A stretch of DNA of 64,000 bases from Podarcis bocagei (lineage: Eukaryota): the NCBI GenBank assembly GCA_964188305.1, contig OZ076885.1. The stretch is one strand, 5' to 3'. The translations under genes and the position numbers were made by a program. The notes beneath the pieces are model-generated. The model had not been told where the DNA came from, searched no databases, and was given only the letters and a program-made list of their open reading frames with translations. Positions 11,765-24,678 of this stretch are shown here, piece after piece (positions within the stretch are counted from its first letter, which is position 1; every line of letters begins with the position of its first letter).

Positions 11765-14700
11765 CAGGGTCAAGAAATGTAGAGCTTGCCTTTCGGAAAC
11801 TATTTAGGCTCCTCCCCTTCCCTAAAACGGTTGTAGCTTGCTTTCCAGAATGCTGAGAACCAAGAGTCCCTTAGCCTCTCATGAAATTACAACCTCCCAA
11901 ATGTGAAATTGTTAAACGTGTAGTTTAAGCATAAGATTACATTAGCCAAGTAAAGGGACTGTTGTTGTTGTTGTTATTTCATTTGATCTCTTGTGACAAT
12001 TGCTTGGGGAGGGCAAGAAAGTGTCGCAGAGAGCTAGAATTTCGTGATCACTTTCTTCCTCGAACCTGCTAGCGCGGGGTGGGTTAATAGAGGCTTTCTG
12101 GGCTGCCCTTGCAGACAGCGGGTCCCTGCCATGTAACAGATCAGCAGAGTCACTGCAGCCGCTCTCTGGCTGAGGGCAGGTCTTAAGATGCACAGGGCTG
12201 CGAGGCTTGTCCTACAGCGCCTTCTCCTGGACGAGCGGCCAGACGACAAAGTGACTCTTCACATCACAGGGGCTGGTGGGCGGGGAGGGGGAGGGAGAAG
12301 AGGGGCAGGGTCTCCATGTGACATCTGCTCCCAAATCAGATAGAAGAGGATTAGGGAGAGGGGGAGAGAAAAGGAAATTAGAAGGAGTAGGGAATCCCTT
12401 CTGGGAAATAACGACAAGGATGAACCGCACCTTTGTGGCACCCCTCGACTCAAATATCAGGTGTGCAGAAGGCCTTCTGATTCCTGTATAGATAGTGTCC
12501 CTTCAGACTCTGAAAGGTTCCTACCATCCTGAGCGTAGTCATGCGGGTGTGTGTGCGCTTGCACGGTTGCAGGCTTCACTCTCAAGGGATTTCCTTACAT
12601 AAAGCACGTACTGTATACGTAATATTAAACAATGTTTTGATGTTGAAGAAGGGGAGGCATCCCGCCTTAAGTCAATATTAAAAGAGCTATTTATTTAACA
12701 GCTGAAACTGAAAGGCACGCCCGCCCCCACCGCCTCTGTATATGTTTGCTGGACAGGAAACGCGGAGCTGAGCTGTTTTGTTCTTGGCCCAGGCTGAGGG
12801 TCTGAGAAAAGCAGCTGAGAATATGTGGAGGTTGTTTAAAGGGACGGGAGAAAAGGAAGCTGGCAGTGTGGACGGAGATCGGAGGCTGCATGGGGGAGAC
12901 TGCGCTAGCCAGGCTGTTCTGCGTCCAGCACAGGAATGCAGACGGACACAATAAGAAGGAACATAACGAGCGACTAGCAAACAGGAAGGCAGAGTAGGCT
13001 GGCAACGTTTCAAAGGCAAAAGGAGCCTCTGACACCACTCAAGGCGAGACCCCAGACTCTTAACATCCTTCCTGATCCTTGGCTGGTTCCTTGAGCAGAA
13101 CCATTGGCCTCAATAGCAATGCGTCCAGGCACGGGCGGTGACTAACAATGTGGGAGTTCTCTGTCCTGCTCAGAGTGAAGAGAGGCCTGTCGCTTGGCCG
13201 ATTTCAGAGCCAGTCGGCCAGACAGAGACAACAAACCAGTTGCCAAACAACCAACAAGCCAGCATTGATGGCCCATTTTCTCTTTCTAGCTAAAAATCTA
13301 GTAAAATCGGTCTGGCATCCAGGAGTTTTAACCCAGGCCTAGCCTTGTGCCGGATTGTGGCTAAGGGCTGCTCCATGAAACCCGGTGACTGCAGCCTGGA
13401 AGCCACATGGATTTAAAGGAACTGCGCCGACCTTATTCTTAACCCCACATAGCTCCTGCCTCCACGTCAGGTCTACGTATTCCTGGTGGTGCTTTGAAAC
13501 AGTCCAACATTTAAAAAGGTCTCCGATTCTTCTTCTTCTTAAATCTCAAAGCTCGGTTGATTCATTCCCAAAGCGCAGTTTGCTGTCAGTTTGGAAGAAC
13601 TGCTGACTATCCTAGGAGCCAACCCAAACCAGCAACCCTACCTTGATACAGCTACCTATCCACCGTTCAATTTTAAGTCTGCAAACAAGAGAAAACCGGA
13701 GGGCGATAATGTTCTCCATACAAAGCTTTAGCTATCGCTACAAAGAGCTCTAAAACAATGCGTTGCTTTTCCTTCTCCTTAAAGTGCTTGGCCCCTCCTC
13801 TCACTTCCACCTTTTTTTTTAAACGAAAGCCCCTCAACCCGTTTTTCCCCTTCCCATGCTGAGATCATGCAAGTGTTTGTGTCGTCCCCACGCACCCCCC
13901 CCCAAGCACTTTAACTCACACATGTTTCATGTTTGCTGCCCTCAGCTTCCTCCTTGGAAGATTTTGAAAGGGGAGATTTTCTCCCTCGCATCCAATTAAA
14001 CTATACTCCCTCTTTAGGAAAAAGCAGGTTTTCAAAAGCCACTCGGCATAAGGATTTTTAGGGAGATATTTATCTCCAATGTGGTGTTATTTTCTGTCTT
14101 AAGCTCTGTCCCACTGACCAAATGAACTGTTTATGGCGATTCCTTTTTCCTCTCCCCCTCACCACCCCACACTCACTTCCTGTTTTTTAGCTCTTAACAC
14201 TAGCAGTAGCAGCATTCAGTGCCGCAATGCAGTAGAGCTGTAAATACCTTTAACAGCTGCCTGCCAACCAAAGAGTGAAATACTGTCTTTGTTCGGATTC
14301 TCTCTCCCACCCCCAGCTCCAAGCACTCATACAGCAGCCCCTGAGAAATATAGTTCACTGGTGTGTGTGTGGGTGTGTGGGTGTGTGTGTACACACCACG
14401 AATAGCTTTTTAGAGCTTTGGGTGAATGGGTATTTAAGGGGACTGAACCCACCACCAATGTACAAAAGATCTAGGCAACATATGAACGGGTGGGTTCTTC
14501 TTCACTAAGGACGTGACCATTTCTGAGATTATTTTTCCTTACACAAATTGTTGCCTTGTTGTGCATTTTCAGCTAGAAGTGATTAAACTATCCACGTTTC
14601 ACCACTGGATGAATTCTCCTTTCTTGAGAGGGTCGCAACGTGTCTATTTATGAACTCTCTCCTTTTTTAGGGGGAAATGAAATGAGCAGCCCCAAATACA

Positions 14701-16745
14701 ATACCCCCCCAATCAATTTGATTTCAGTGAGCTTGGGGGCAAACTCTCATAAAATTCAGTGGAAATCACAATGGTAGGGTGGTCGAGCCTAAAGCTGTAT
14801 GCCTAAAATTGCGGTTTAAGGTGGAAAAATGCGCTGAAATCAGTGCCCCTTTCTTCCAATGTATCGAATGCATTTAGAATCGAGTCTGGGTTTTTCAGCA
14901 CCAAGCACTCTGGCACTTTAAGTCGAAGAACATGAATATTTTCTGTAAAAAGAACAGTCATCCAGCAAACATGATTTGGTTTTGTTTTATTTTATTTCTT
15001 TAAATCCACGTACTTTGCATTGGGTTACGAATCTACGATGGGTTAGATCTTATGGTTAAAAAAAAAAGATGCGGAAATTAAGATTTCAATAATGCAAAGG
15101 CAAACAAACCAATTAACAATGTGTCTCCAACTTAGCTATAATAAATGCAGTCTAACTGGGAGGGAGGGAAAGGGAGAAGCAATATACCAGAGGGGAAAGT
15201 GGGCGGACTTATATATGCACACATGGGTTTTTTTTTATTTAGGATGGTTTGCGACTTTCTGCTATAAACTGTAGCCATTAAAGTGTAATCAACAATCACC
15301 TTGCAAGATTGTGATGGTATTTTACTCCCACCCAGCCCAATAACTTTCCCTAGACTGATTGCTAGAAAACCAGAACTCCACATTCTGTAGACTTGATCGA
15401 AAAAAGAGGGGAAACCGGATTCGAGTGATTAAGTGTTGACTTCCAACAAGTCGCAAAAAGGATATACGAAGTAGTCATTCTTTACAGAATAAAATTTGAG
15501 TGCATTAGCAAGATTGAAATTTATTCCTATCACCTATAAGTTATTTTAAATTGTGGGGTGATCAAATATTTATGCATAGTAGTACGGCCTTTAAACAAAA
15601 CTGATGTATAAGCAACATTACATTAATATATTTAATGCATGTATAAATCACATTATGCAAACCAGTTTTCAGGGAGGCCATAACATAATAAACATAACAT
15701 AACATAATATAATAATATACATTCCGGAAGAGATAATCGACCTTTTTTTTAAAAAAAAAAAGATTTGTCTAGACCGGACAACAGCCCTGCTTTAAAAAAT
15801 AAATAAATAAATGAGGTGATGATTCAGCGTAACATTTTAAATAGAAATAAAGACGCCTAAGGCTACATAGCAACAACAGCAAAGTTATAGGGGAAATATA
15901 TTAGATATTTGTATCCAGTCTGCAATCTTATGCCATATTTACTTAACAATTAATTCCCACTGTAAGTAATTTATTCACTGCCAAGTAAACATGGATAAGA
16001 TTGGACTGTCTTGAGCTATATGGATTATTCCCCTTCCCATAATTGTTGCTATGAAAATAAACGTATTGAATCCTCATGTCACCCCGCTCACAGCCAGAAA
16101 GACAGACAGATAATCTCCCTTGGTTCAATTAGGCCTGATCGATATAAAATATATTTTTGAAAACGTCTGAGCGCCACGGTGATGTCATCCTCCCTCTAGA
16201 CCACAATAATCCGCAACGCCTTTACTCCAGAAGTCGTTGTCTTGCTACATAAGAGTAAGTACCTGCTATGTTGCAGCCATATTGGTGTCTGCTTAAACCT
16301 TCCACGCGTTAGCTACCGTGGAACACGCCACATGCGTCGTGCTCTTTATGACAATGCACACTAGGAAGTGTTTTGACCGCCCTAGAAAAAACCATCTAGC
16401 CGCTGCTCGATCCATTCCAAAACTGTTATATAAATCGGACAGTATGACACAAACATTCCTTGCCATCCCTCCCGCAAAGTACAGTTTTAACAATCCCCTG
16501 ATGTTTTCACGACTGCAAACATTTGGCCTTCGCTTTGCAAGCAAAATCCTAAAACAGGGTCTTGTTTTCTGTTTAGGATTTCCCCCTCCTCCTCCTCCCC
16601 GCCCTCCCAGTCATCTTGGTAGGATTAATCGGATGAAAAGTCGGACTCCCCAGCACAGAAGAAACCACAGATCGTAAGCCAGTCTCCCTGCAGCAAATCT
16701 GGACGTAGGAGCGCTTAGCTTTGCTCATTATTAGTGACCCGGATG

Positions 16746-16782
<37 letters not shown>

Positions 16783-17924
16783 GTTGATAATGAAAGGCAT
16801 GCGGATGGAATCCTGCTGTTAAGAAAAACCACTAAAGGAGGGGAGGGGGGACGAGGCAACAGCGCACAAGTAGAAATTGCAGGACATCTCGGTCCAAATA
16901 ATTTTTCTAGTAGTTTTTGTTTGGGGATTTTTTAAAATTCTGCTTCGGCAGTTTCTCTTGCTTCCAAACCTACTCTTGCCTCCCCAACCTCAGAGGCATT
17001 AAATTCCACTAGTGAACCACGCTAGTGGGGCGGGGAGTGCCTATCTCAGCCTTGTTCTTCGTGGCATGGAAGCCTCAAAAGCCAGGCAGGTGGCAGCAGA
17101 AGGCGGCGAAGCGCTTCCAAGCCTAACCCACCGCACCACCTCGCCTCTGTTGCCTCCGCTTGGGCGAAGAAAAAAACCACAGGCGCTTGCAGTGATGGTG
17201 GTGATGGGCACCCGCCTTGCCCACTTTCTTTTATGACTTACGGAGTCATTCTCCGGCGCCTGAGCGAAAGTAGGAAGCCCTGCAGCGATGCAGACGAGTC
17301 AGGAATAAAATGGGGGGAAGGAGGAGGAGGAGGTGGTGGTGGTGGTGGAAAACGAGAGCTGAAAAATCCCTTACCCGTTCGCTGCCCCGGTGGAAGGGCG
17401 TGGAGCCCAGCCGCATCCCTGTAATCCATTAGGGGTCGCGTTCGGTAGCAATCCGAGTCCCATCCCGATCGGAAAAGCCAAAGAAGGCAGGCAAGGCAGG
17501 CAGGCAGGCAGGTAGGGCTGGGAGGAAAGAGAGCTCGCTAGATAAACAAGCTGCCTTGCTGGCAAAGACAAGGGAGCTCTGCCCCCCCTCCCAGTCCCTC
17601 CCCGCCCACCCTAACCCTTCACCGCACTCCGCGTCTCTGCTAGGACTGGAAACTGGCAGGGTAGCAGCGGAGGAGGGTGGGCGTTTGCGTGTGTGCGCGC
17701 GTGTGTATGTGCGCGAGCGCGTGTTGTTTTTAAAACCCTTGGACCGGACTGGATCGGTACTCAAACATCATAGCGAGCGCAATGCACCTTATCGGAGACA
17801 AAGGTTAGAAAAAGAAGGGTTGAGGCTGTGGGAAAGACAGAATGCAAAAAAAGCGGGGGGGGGATTTGCCGGGGAAATCAGGAAGGGAAAAGGAGGGGGG
17901 AGGCCGTGAAAGCCATCAGCGCTC

Positions 17925-18022
17925 GCACATGACCAGGCGCAGCCAATGACGTGCCCAAATAGGTCATAAAAGGTCTATTACGAGTTGTAAATTCTCTTCA
18001 AACAAAAAGGAATTTACTGCAA
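17925..18022 (-). promoter_or_regulatory. Hox-type promoter/enhancer module (E-box-like CACATGAC, CCAAT, clustered Cdx/Hox sites) in the HOXD8-HOXD4 gap
   Basis: CACATGAC..AGCCAATGA closely parallels the HOXD10 proximal region (about 42976-42997), followed by GTCATAAA, TATTACGA, GTAAAT and ATTTAC, inside a CpG-rich segment. Confidence 0.6.
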
Positions 18023-20631
18023 TTCCTTGCGGATTTTTCCCCCCAACCCAGGCTGCTACAAGCAGTGGGTTTTGTTTTCCTGGGTTCATTTCTTTCTGCC
18101 TTCTCTCTCTGCTGTTTGTCTTTACGCGCTACCAAGGCTCACCACCACCTTTCTGTTGCCTTGGCCCGTCTCAGGGAGCAGCAGAGCGGTGGGAATCTTC
18201 TGAATGATTGATTGACGCAGCCCAGTCCTCAGCCCCCTTACCCCGGAGGCCAAACGCTGCCGAGCAGAGGCCCTGATTCGATTCGGAAGCGTTTAGCCCA
18301 AACATAGGGGCCTGAACCCACACCCTACCACTTGCCTGTGAGCAACGCAACAGCGCGTAAAAGTCCATTTGCTGCGGGGGCGGGAGAAAGTCCAGCAGGC
18401 GAGGGCCCTTTTGCTAGGTCTACATTATGTCTAGGCCGCTGGGCTTTAGAATTGCACTGCCTCACTCCGACCTTCCTTGCCCTGCTCTGGGAAGGCTGAA
18501 GGGGTTGGGAATGGGGAACATCCCAATGAAACTCAGCTCCTGCAAATATCGAATCTGCTTTACTCCAAAGGCTCGTCACGTTCCGGAGCTCCTGAAAGCT
18601 CCGTTTGGAGTAGCAAATAAAAACCACCCGCTTGTGCGAATTAATGAGCGTCTCTTCCTTGTTGCAGGAAAAAGCCTCTCCAGAAGCTTTTCCGGCCCTG
18701 GCTGCGGATGGAACGTTGACGAGAGACAACAAAGCCTCCCTTGGCTGCCGATCCATTGATTTGTAACGTTCTAGAACGCGCTGGGAGTTCTGCGCTCTGG
18801 AGGAGTAACCAGGCGTTCTACCGGATCTGCAATGGCAAAAGAATTCGAGACGTGGAAGGAAGGGTGGACGAGGGAGACAAAGCATGCCTCCGGTGTTTAA
18901 AACGGCCTCCCCTTCTTGAACTTTAAATCTTAACCGACATAAATACACCCAGCATTTTGTCCACACACGCTACAGGGACGTTTATTCTGGTTCCGTTTTC
19001 TTTCATGCAGCAATTGGGACTGACTGACTGCACACTTAAGGGTACTCACTTAAGGCCCCCCTGGACTCAGTTGCGCACCTACAGCTGAACAAATGTGTGT
19101 ACAAATTGCATTATTTGGATGTTCAGTGCGGTTCACTTTCTTCCGCTGGAGATAGGCTGGAAGTTGTGGAGAAATTTGCCGCTGTCTGTAGTGTGGGATC
19201 CAAACTCTGTTCACTTGAATTTTGTTGCTTCTCTCCGTAACCCAAAGGCCGGCTTTAATAACTGGCGAATTCATCCAATTATTTATGGTCATTTAGGTGG
19301 GATTAGGGTTTAAGCGCCTTCTATTGGAAAGCGACTTTCCGGGCGGCCTGACAGGTTCAGACTCACTTGAGATTTGCCTCCAAGTCAGCTATGTCACTGG
19401 GGCCGGTTTGAATATCTAAGATGTGGGTTTCTCGCCTTGAAGGACCGCATAGCGACTCCGCAAGCTTGATTTCCACCCAATTCCAAAATGGCCGCTTCCT
19501 CGTAAATAATCAGGATCGACAAACTCTAGGACATTGTTATGTTTGATGGTATTAATTAGATTCGTCATTCATGATGAATTGTGGATGTTAATATATTGAT
19601 TAAATACATTATAAAGCATACTGCGTTGCAATGTGCACGTATATATAAATATATTCAGGAGAATGTGCGCAGCAAATATTCGGATTTCCCTCCTCCAGAA
19701 TCAATTGTCTTCAGACATTTTTATCCAATTTTGGAATAAATATCGGATAATACTTTTTTCTAGTTGAAAGGGTTTATTGTTTAAGATGCTCAAAATGACT
19801 CTCCCTCCGCTAGGGCTCAATTGAACTAAGGCTTTGCCCTTCGTTGCAAAGGTATTGCTACTTTACCAATAATGTCTGCAAATATTTAACTTGTATATTT
19901 ACATTTAAAGTAAAATAAAATCACCATCCCTTCTATATAGGTTTCTGAAAGTTCGCTTATCTTAGACCCGCATAACCAATCCCAGACTGACCACTGAGAC
20001 GTTTTGCCGCATTTATGCAAATCAATGCACCAAATTGTTTTGCTTCACAGTTTTTGCCGCAGTTCCTCTACGTGAACGGGTTCCCAGCCCACTATGCTGC
20101 TTGTAGAGGAATGCGGTGGCCAAGGAAGGCGTTTCCGGCGGGGAGGGGCTATTTTCTGAATTCGAGAAGAGCCTCGAAAATTATAGGCGCTACTTTCTTC
20201 TTAGCTAGCTGATTTCACAGCTAACATAACTGCTGAAATGTACATATATACTAAGGAAATTATTAGACCAGAGCGAATGGTAACACACACATGCACAAAG
20301 CAAGCAAAACAAAATGAACAAGACCCTTTCTCTCTCACCCTCCGTGTGTGCGTATGTAGGTGTGTGTGTATGTCTATAGAGGAATCTTCTAGTTAAAGCT
20401 AAATCCTCCGGATTCTGGTTATATGAGAGCAGACTTTGACCTGGTATCTGTTCACTCATTTCGCCTTATTCCACTTCACCCTCTCTTTAAAGATTTAAAG
20501 TGAATTTGTTTCAGGGGCTTTGATATGGGCAAACAAGAAACTATTGACTGTCTCCAAGACTGATAATAAGAACAATGGGAGAGATTCAGCCACAGGACTT
20601 CAACACATTTCAGTTCTACTGGTCTCGCGTG

Positions 20632-20664
<33 letters not shown>

Positions 20665-22777
20665 GGAGAAGCCCTTAGGACTTACAGCGACCTAATTTTG
20701 GCTGATAAAAGTGGCCCGAGTTAACACGCCTTGCAGCGAGAAAAAGGCTCGATGAACTGGTGGACAGGGTACCAAACGGTGATGGAGGATTGATGCAAAT
20801 ATAATGCTTCTCAGTTTTGAGAACTCTGTTGTTCTACATGTTACATATAAAATGAGCTACCAAGAGGTTGCTGATTTCCTGCCATTTGGGGTCTTTCCGG
20901 GTTTCTGTCTACAGTCACCCATCGAAAAGGATTTGGTCCCGTGGAAAAGCAACAGAACTGCGCTTAGCTGAATTAGCTGAAGTCGAATTCTTATCCTCCA
21001 CTAATTTTTGATGAAGTGTGGCTTCTTCTGCATATATGGGCCACTTCATACACAATTCCACTTAGGCCTCTGTGTGTGGTTTCTGGGGGCTGCGCGGGGA
21101 GGGCTCCCCACACCATTTGAAGGCCATTATTTCCAGCGACAGACAATTTGAGGTTTCTTGCGCGAGAAGGCTCTACCTTTTAATTATCTGCATGATTTAA
21201 GATTGAGAAGCCACCTCTTTGAAATTGCCAGGAGAATTCTGGTGGTTTCCTTGCACTTTGATGTGGAGATATGATTACCTGATTCAAGCCAGCCCCCGTG
21301 TGAAAGTCCTTAATAAATCCCGTTGAAGTGAATGGGATCTGATAGCATTAAGGGCAGGCAGGTTCACCCAAAAGCCGAGAAATAAAATCACACACACACC
21401 CTCCTCAGTTTTCTCACCAACTAAGCGGTGTGTGTGTTATAATTTTATTTTTTTTTACTGGGGAGAAAATGTCGAAAATAAAGCTAATAAAGTTAATGTG
21501 TAAAAAAAAATATGTGTAAGCCAGTGGGAATCTCACGCGTTATTCAGAACCTGGGACAGTTTTTTGTTGTTTTGCTATCGCTCCATGAAGTGTTTTCAGT
21601 CATCTGCAGGACTTCCATGCTTTGATAGTCTTAAATTGCCCGTTTTCTGCTGAATAACACCTACAACAACAAACCTACCACAGACATTGGACAAAATCCA
21701 TAGAACGCTGGCACGCCTGGACCCCACTGGAATCAATGGAGTTCTGATCGCAAGTGTACTGCACACGCGGACCACAATCCAGCGATGAATTAAGTACTCT
21801 TGCACAGGTGCCTTATTTATAGCGCTTAAGCACTCTGATCTTCATCCTGGGATTATAGGCATTAACAATGCATAGGCCCCTTATATCTTGGGATTCTATG
21901 AACTAATGAACCCAAATAGCGGTGTGTGTGTCCCCCTCTCGCAAGTTATATCCATCTGCAGCTATTTCAGAGTTGGCTTCTGGAGCGGCGCAGGGCTGAA
22001 TCCTATCCCTGCCGTTAACTCAGACCTCGTTCCAGTCCCGTCGCAGCCACTAACACCTCTCAGTCTCATCTCCTTTTTACTGTGGGGATAACACGGACCT
22101 CCTGCCTTATAGTGCTGTTGCATGTATGGCACAGACAGCATGTGAAAGCCTACTTACTGCTCAGGGTGATTTTTATTACTCCTGTAAACACTAATTATCG
22201 CAACAGCTAAAGTCTGACCAAGATGAGGATGAGGAATTGCACCTCTCCAAATGGTGGGAAGAGCACTAAGACAGTCACTGCTGTACAAACGATTTAAAAA
22301 ATAATAATAATTCAGCCATAGTGTTAGTAGTAAGAATGGCAAGTTTTTTTATATAAATATAGCACAGGCACCTCTGGGAAATCCTTAAAGTTTTAGATGG
22401 TCAATTGACAAAATAATGCTACTAATCAAACTTCCGCTTTACTTCCAACCCAGACTAGACATACGCAGGGATGTTGCACGAATGACATAGCATTGGGGGG
22501 GGGTCTTGCTGAATCCAGCTAGCCCGCCATGCTTTCTTCAGCAGCGGCCTGAGCAGCTTACATCAAGCAAGGCATGAAGAAATGGAGAGAGGCATCTCGT
22601 GCTGTTTATCTAGTAATATGGTAGACTGCTCCCTTATGACGGGGATGGGTGGGGAAGTTTTCTGCAACACCAGGCTAAGGCTTTCCATTAATTTTAAACC
22701 TCCTTGCTTTGATGGGTGTCACACTGTGCTCACTGCAGCTTCCTCGCAAGTGTCCATAGGACTGCAGCCTCTGGGAC

Positions 22778-22946
22778 CAGTGGCGTAGCGTGGGGGGTGC
22801 AGGGGGGGCCGGCCGCACCGGGCGCAACATCTGGGGGTTAGGGTTAGGGGGCGCAAATCCACGGGTTAGGGGGCGCAAATCCACGGGTTAGGGGGCGCAA
22901 ATTACTTGCTTTGCCCCGGGTGCTGACAACCCACGCTACGCCACTG
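22778..22946. mobile_element. hAT-type MITE, 169 bp, 17-bp TIR, 8-bp TSD TCTGGGAC, internal 22-bp tandem repeat
   Basis: TIRs CAGTGGCGTAGCGTGGG / CCCACGCTACGCCACTG. TCTGGGAC at 22770-22777 and 22947-22954. GGGTTAGGGGGCGCAAATCCAC x about 2.8 at 22841-22902. Confidence 0.92.
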
Positions 22947-24376
22947 TCTGGGACCCAGCGCAGAGAAAGCTGGTTGCCCCGTTAAGCCTCTCACTGAGAC
23001 CAACATTGCTCCATTGCTTCGTATTGAATTTATTTACGATTAATTTTAAACTGGATTGGGACTGTGCCATATTCGGGATAGAAACATCATGTGCCTTTGG
23101 CACAATCCTAGGCATGTCTACTCAGAAGTAAGCCCCGTTGGATTGAGTGGGGTTTAATTCCAAGTCTAGGATTGTTGCCTGGACGACCTGATCCGGCCTT
23201 CTTCTTCTTCCTGTACTTGGCAATGCAACCACTTCCAAGGGTCAAGCCTAAAACATGCTTCCTTGAAAGAAACCCGGTTGAAAACCGAAACACACACGTC
23301 TGTGGAAGTAAGTGCGCTGAAAACAATAGGACTCCACTTCATGTGTACAGGGCAGGCGTTTTCCACAGAGAACCGAATCAGCCTCCTATAGCAGATAACT
23401 AAACGCTCGAATACTTTTCATTTTTCAGTAGCTACCATAAGGCTAATGCAACTCGGGGAATGCAGCAGCAAATGCGTAATGAAGCTGCCCGTTAGAGCTG
23501 TACCCAAATCCTGCCCGCTGAGCGCCGAAGGAAAAACCTTCGTGCAGTCAATGCAGAGAACAGCGAACGCTGTATCCTTGAACGCCTCGGCCTCATAGCT
23601 GTTGGACGGTTGGGCTATTCTCTCAGCAAAACCGCGAAAGTTTGCTTGGAGTAATTTGACCTACGTTTTCTAAGTCCCGCTGCACTTTTGGGCTCCGCAG
23701 AGAGGTGGTTGTTGTCGTTTTTATTAAAAACAAACCAACCAGCCAACAACAGGAACGTAGGAAGAAACCTGACCAGGGATATTACAGTGGAATCACCTTT
23801 GTTTTATTTCGATCAATTACCGATCATTCAGTATCAATGTGCCATTAAAATATCTCCTTCTTCTTCCCCCTTTCCCACACCCCCGCAAAAAAAAAATCAT
23901 TATAATGTCTAAATTAATTTACTTTACAAGAAATAAGTTGGAAGGAAAGTTTTGAGATTACAAGTGCACTTGCTTGATTCGAGCATTTGGGTTGGGTTTT
24001 GTCTTTTCTGTGCTTGGGGACAGGAGAGGAGAGGAAGAAAGGAAGACAAAGACCGAGGAGGGGACGCGTAGAAAATTGCTATATAGTTTTCGGTATCAAA
24101 TTCCACGTGAGGGCCGAAATGGAGAAAGATGCAGCAGCAGCAGCAGCAGTCAGCTGGGACTCGGCTTAGGGCGCCCCGGGTGCAGTAACAAATAAAATAA
24201 AACTCTCACCTAAGTACAGAAACATCATAAGGTAGCTTTAAAAAACAAACAGACTGACAAGGTCGGGCCCTTGTGAAAAAGGTGCCTGAGTAAGACCCGT
24301 GAAGGCCGGGAGGAGAGGCCGCTGGTGCCCTCGCGCGCCCGCTCTCCCAGGCATTGTCTTTGTCCAAGGAGAACCT

Positions 24377-24678
24377 TCAATTCGTCGGGCCTTCTGTTCC
24401 TTCTTCTAGAAGGTCCTCCTGGGCTTCTGTCTTGGCCTCCTCTCCTTCCTTCCCCTCCTGCCTGCCGGCCGGGAACTTGTCTTTGTTGTTCTCCTTTTTC
24501 CACTTCATCCTCCTGTTCTGAAACCAGATCTTGACCTGCCTCTCCGTGAGTCCGAGGGCATGGGAGACCTCGATTCTTCTTTTCCTGGTCAGGTAGGGGT
24601 TAAAAAGGAACTCCTTCTCCAGCTCGAGAGTCTGGAAGCGGCTGTAGGTCTGTCTCCCTCTCCGCCTACCAGGAGCTG
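24377..24678 (-). CDS. HOXD8: HOXD8 exon 2 (homeobox); spliced protein about 302 aa
   Basis: [70 protein letters not shown] is a paralog-group-8 homeodomain. Acceptor TAG|CAG follows a pyrimidine tract; alternative acceptor at 24675. Phase matches exon 1. Confidence 0.97.

Noticed and set aside
18325-18966. 213-aa ORF (also 217 aa at 61094-61747 and 190 aa at 45316-45888)
   Set aside because: Non-ATG or weak starts, no motif, and intergenic Hox DNA; likely chance ORFs.
22841-22902. CRISPR-like array or true interstitial telomere
   Set aside because: Eukaryotic DNA, no spacers, and only four TTAGGG units embedded in a TSD-flanked MITE.
1-24000. HOXD4, miR-10b, or HoxD5/6/7 pseudogene coding remnants
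   Set aside because: I found no homeobox-like translation and no CACAAATTCGGTTCTACAGGGTA match by eye. HOXD4 and miR-10b probably lie left of the window. A tBLASTn search could still reveal faint relics.
24230-24235. miR-196 seed match in the HOXD8 3' UTR
   Set aside because: Only a 6-mer with a G:U at position 8 and no A1; too weak to assert without an alignment.
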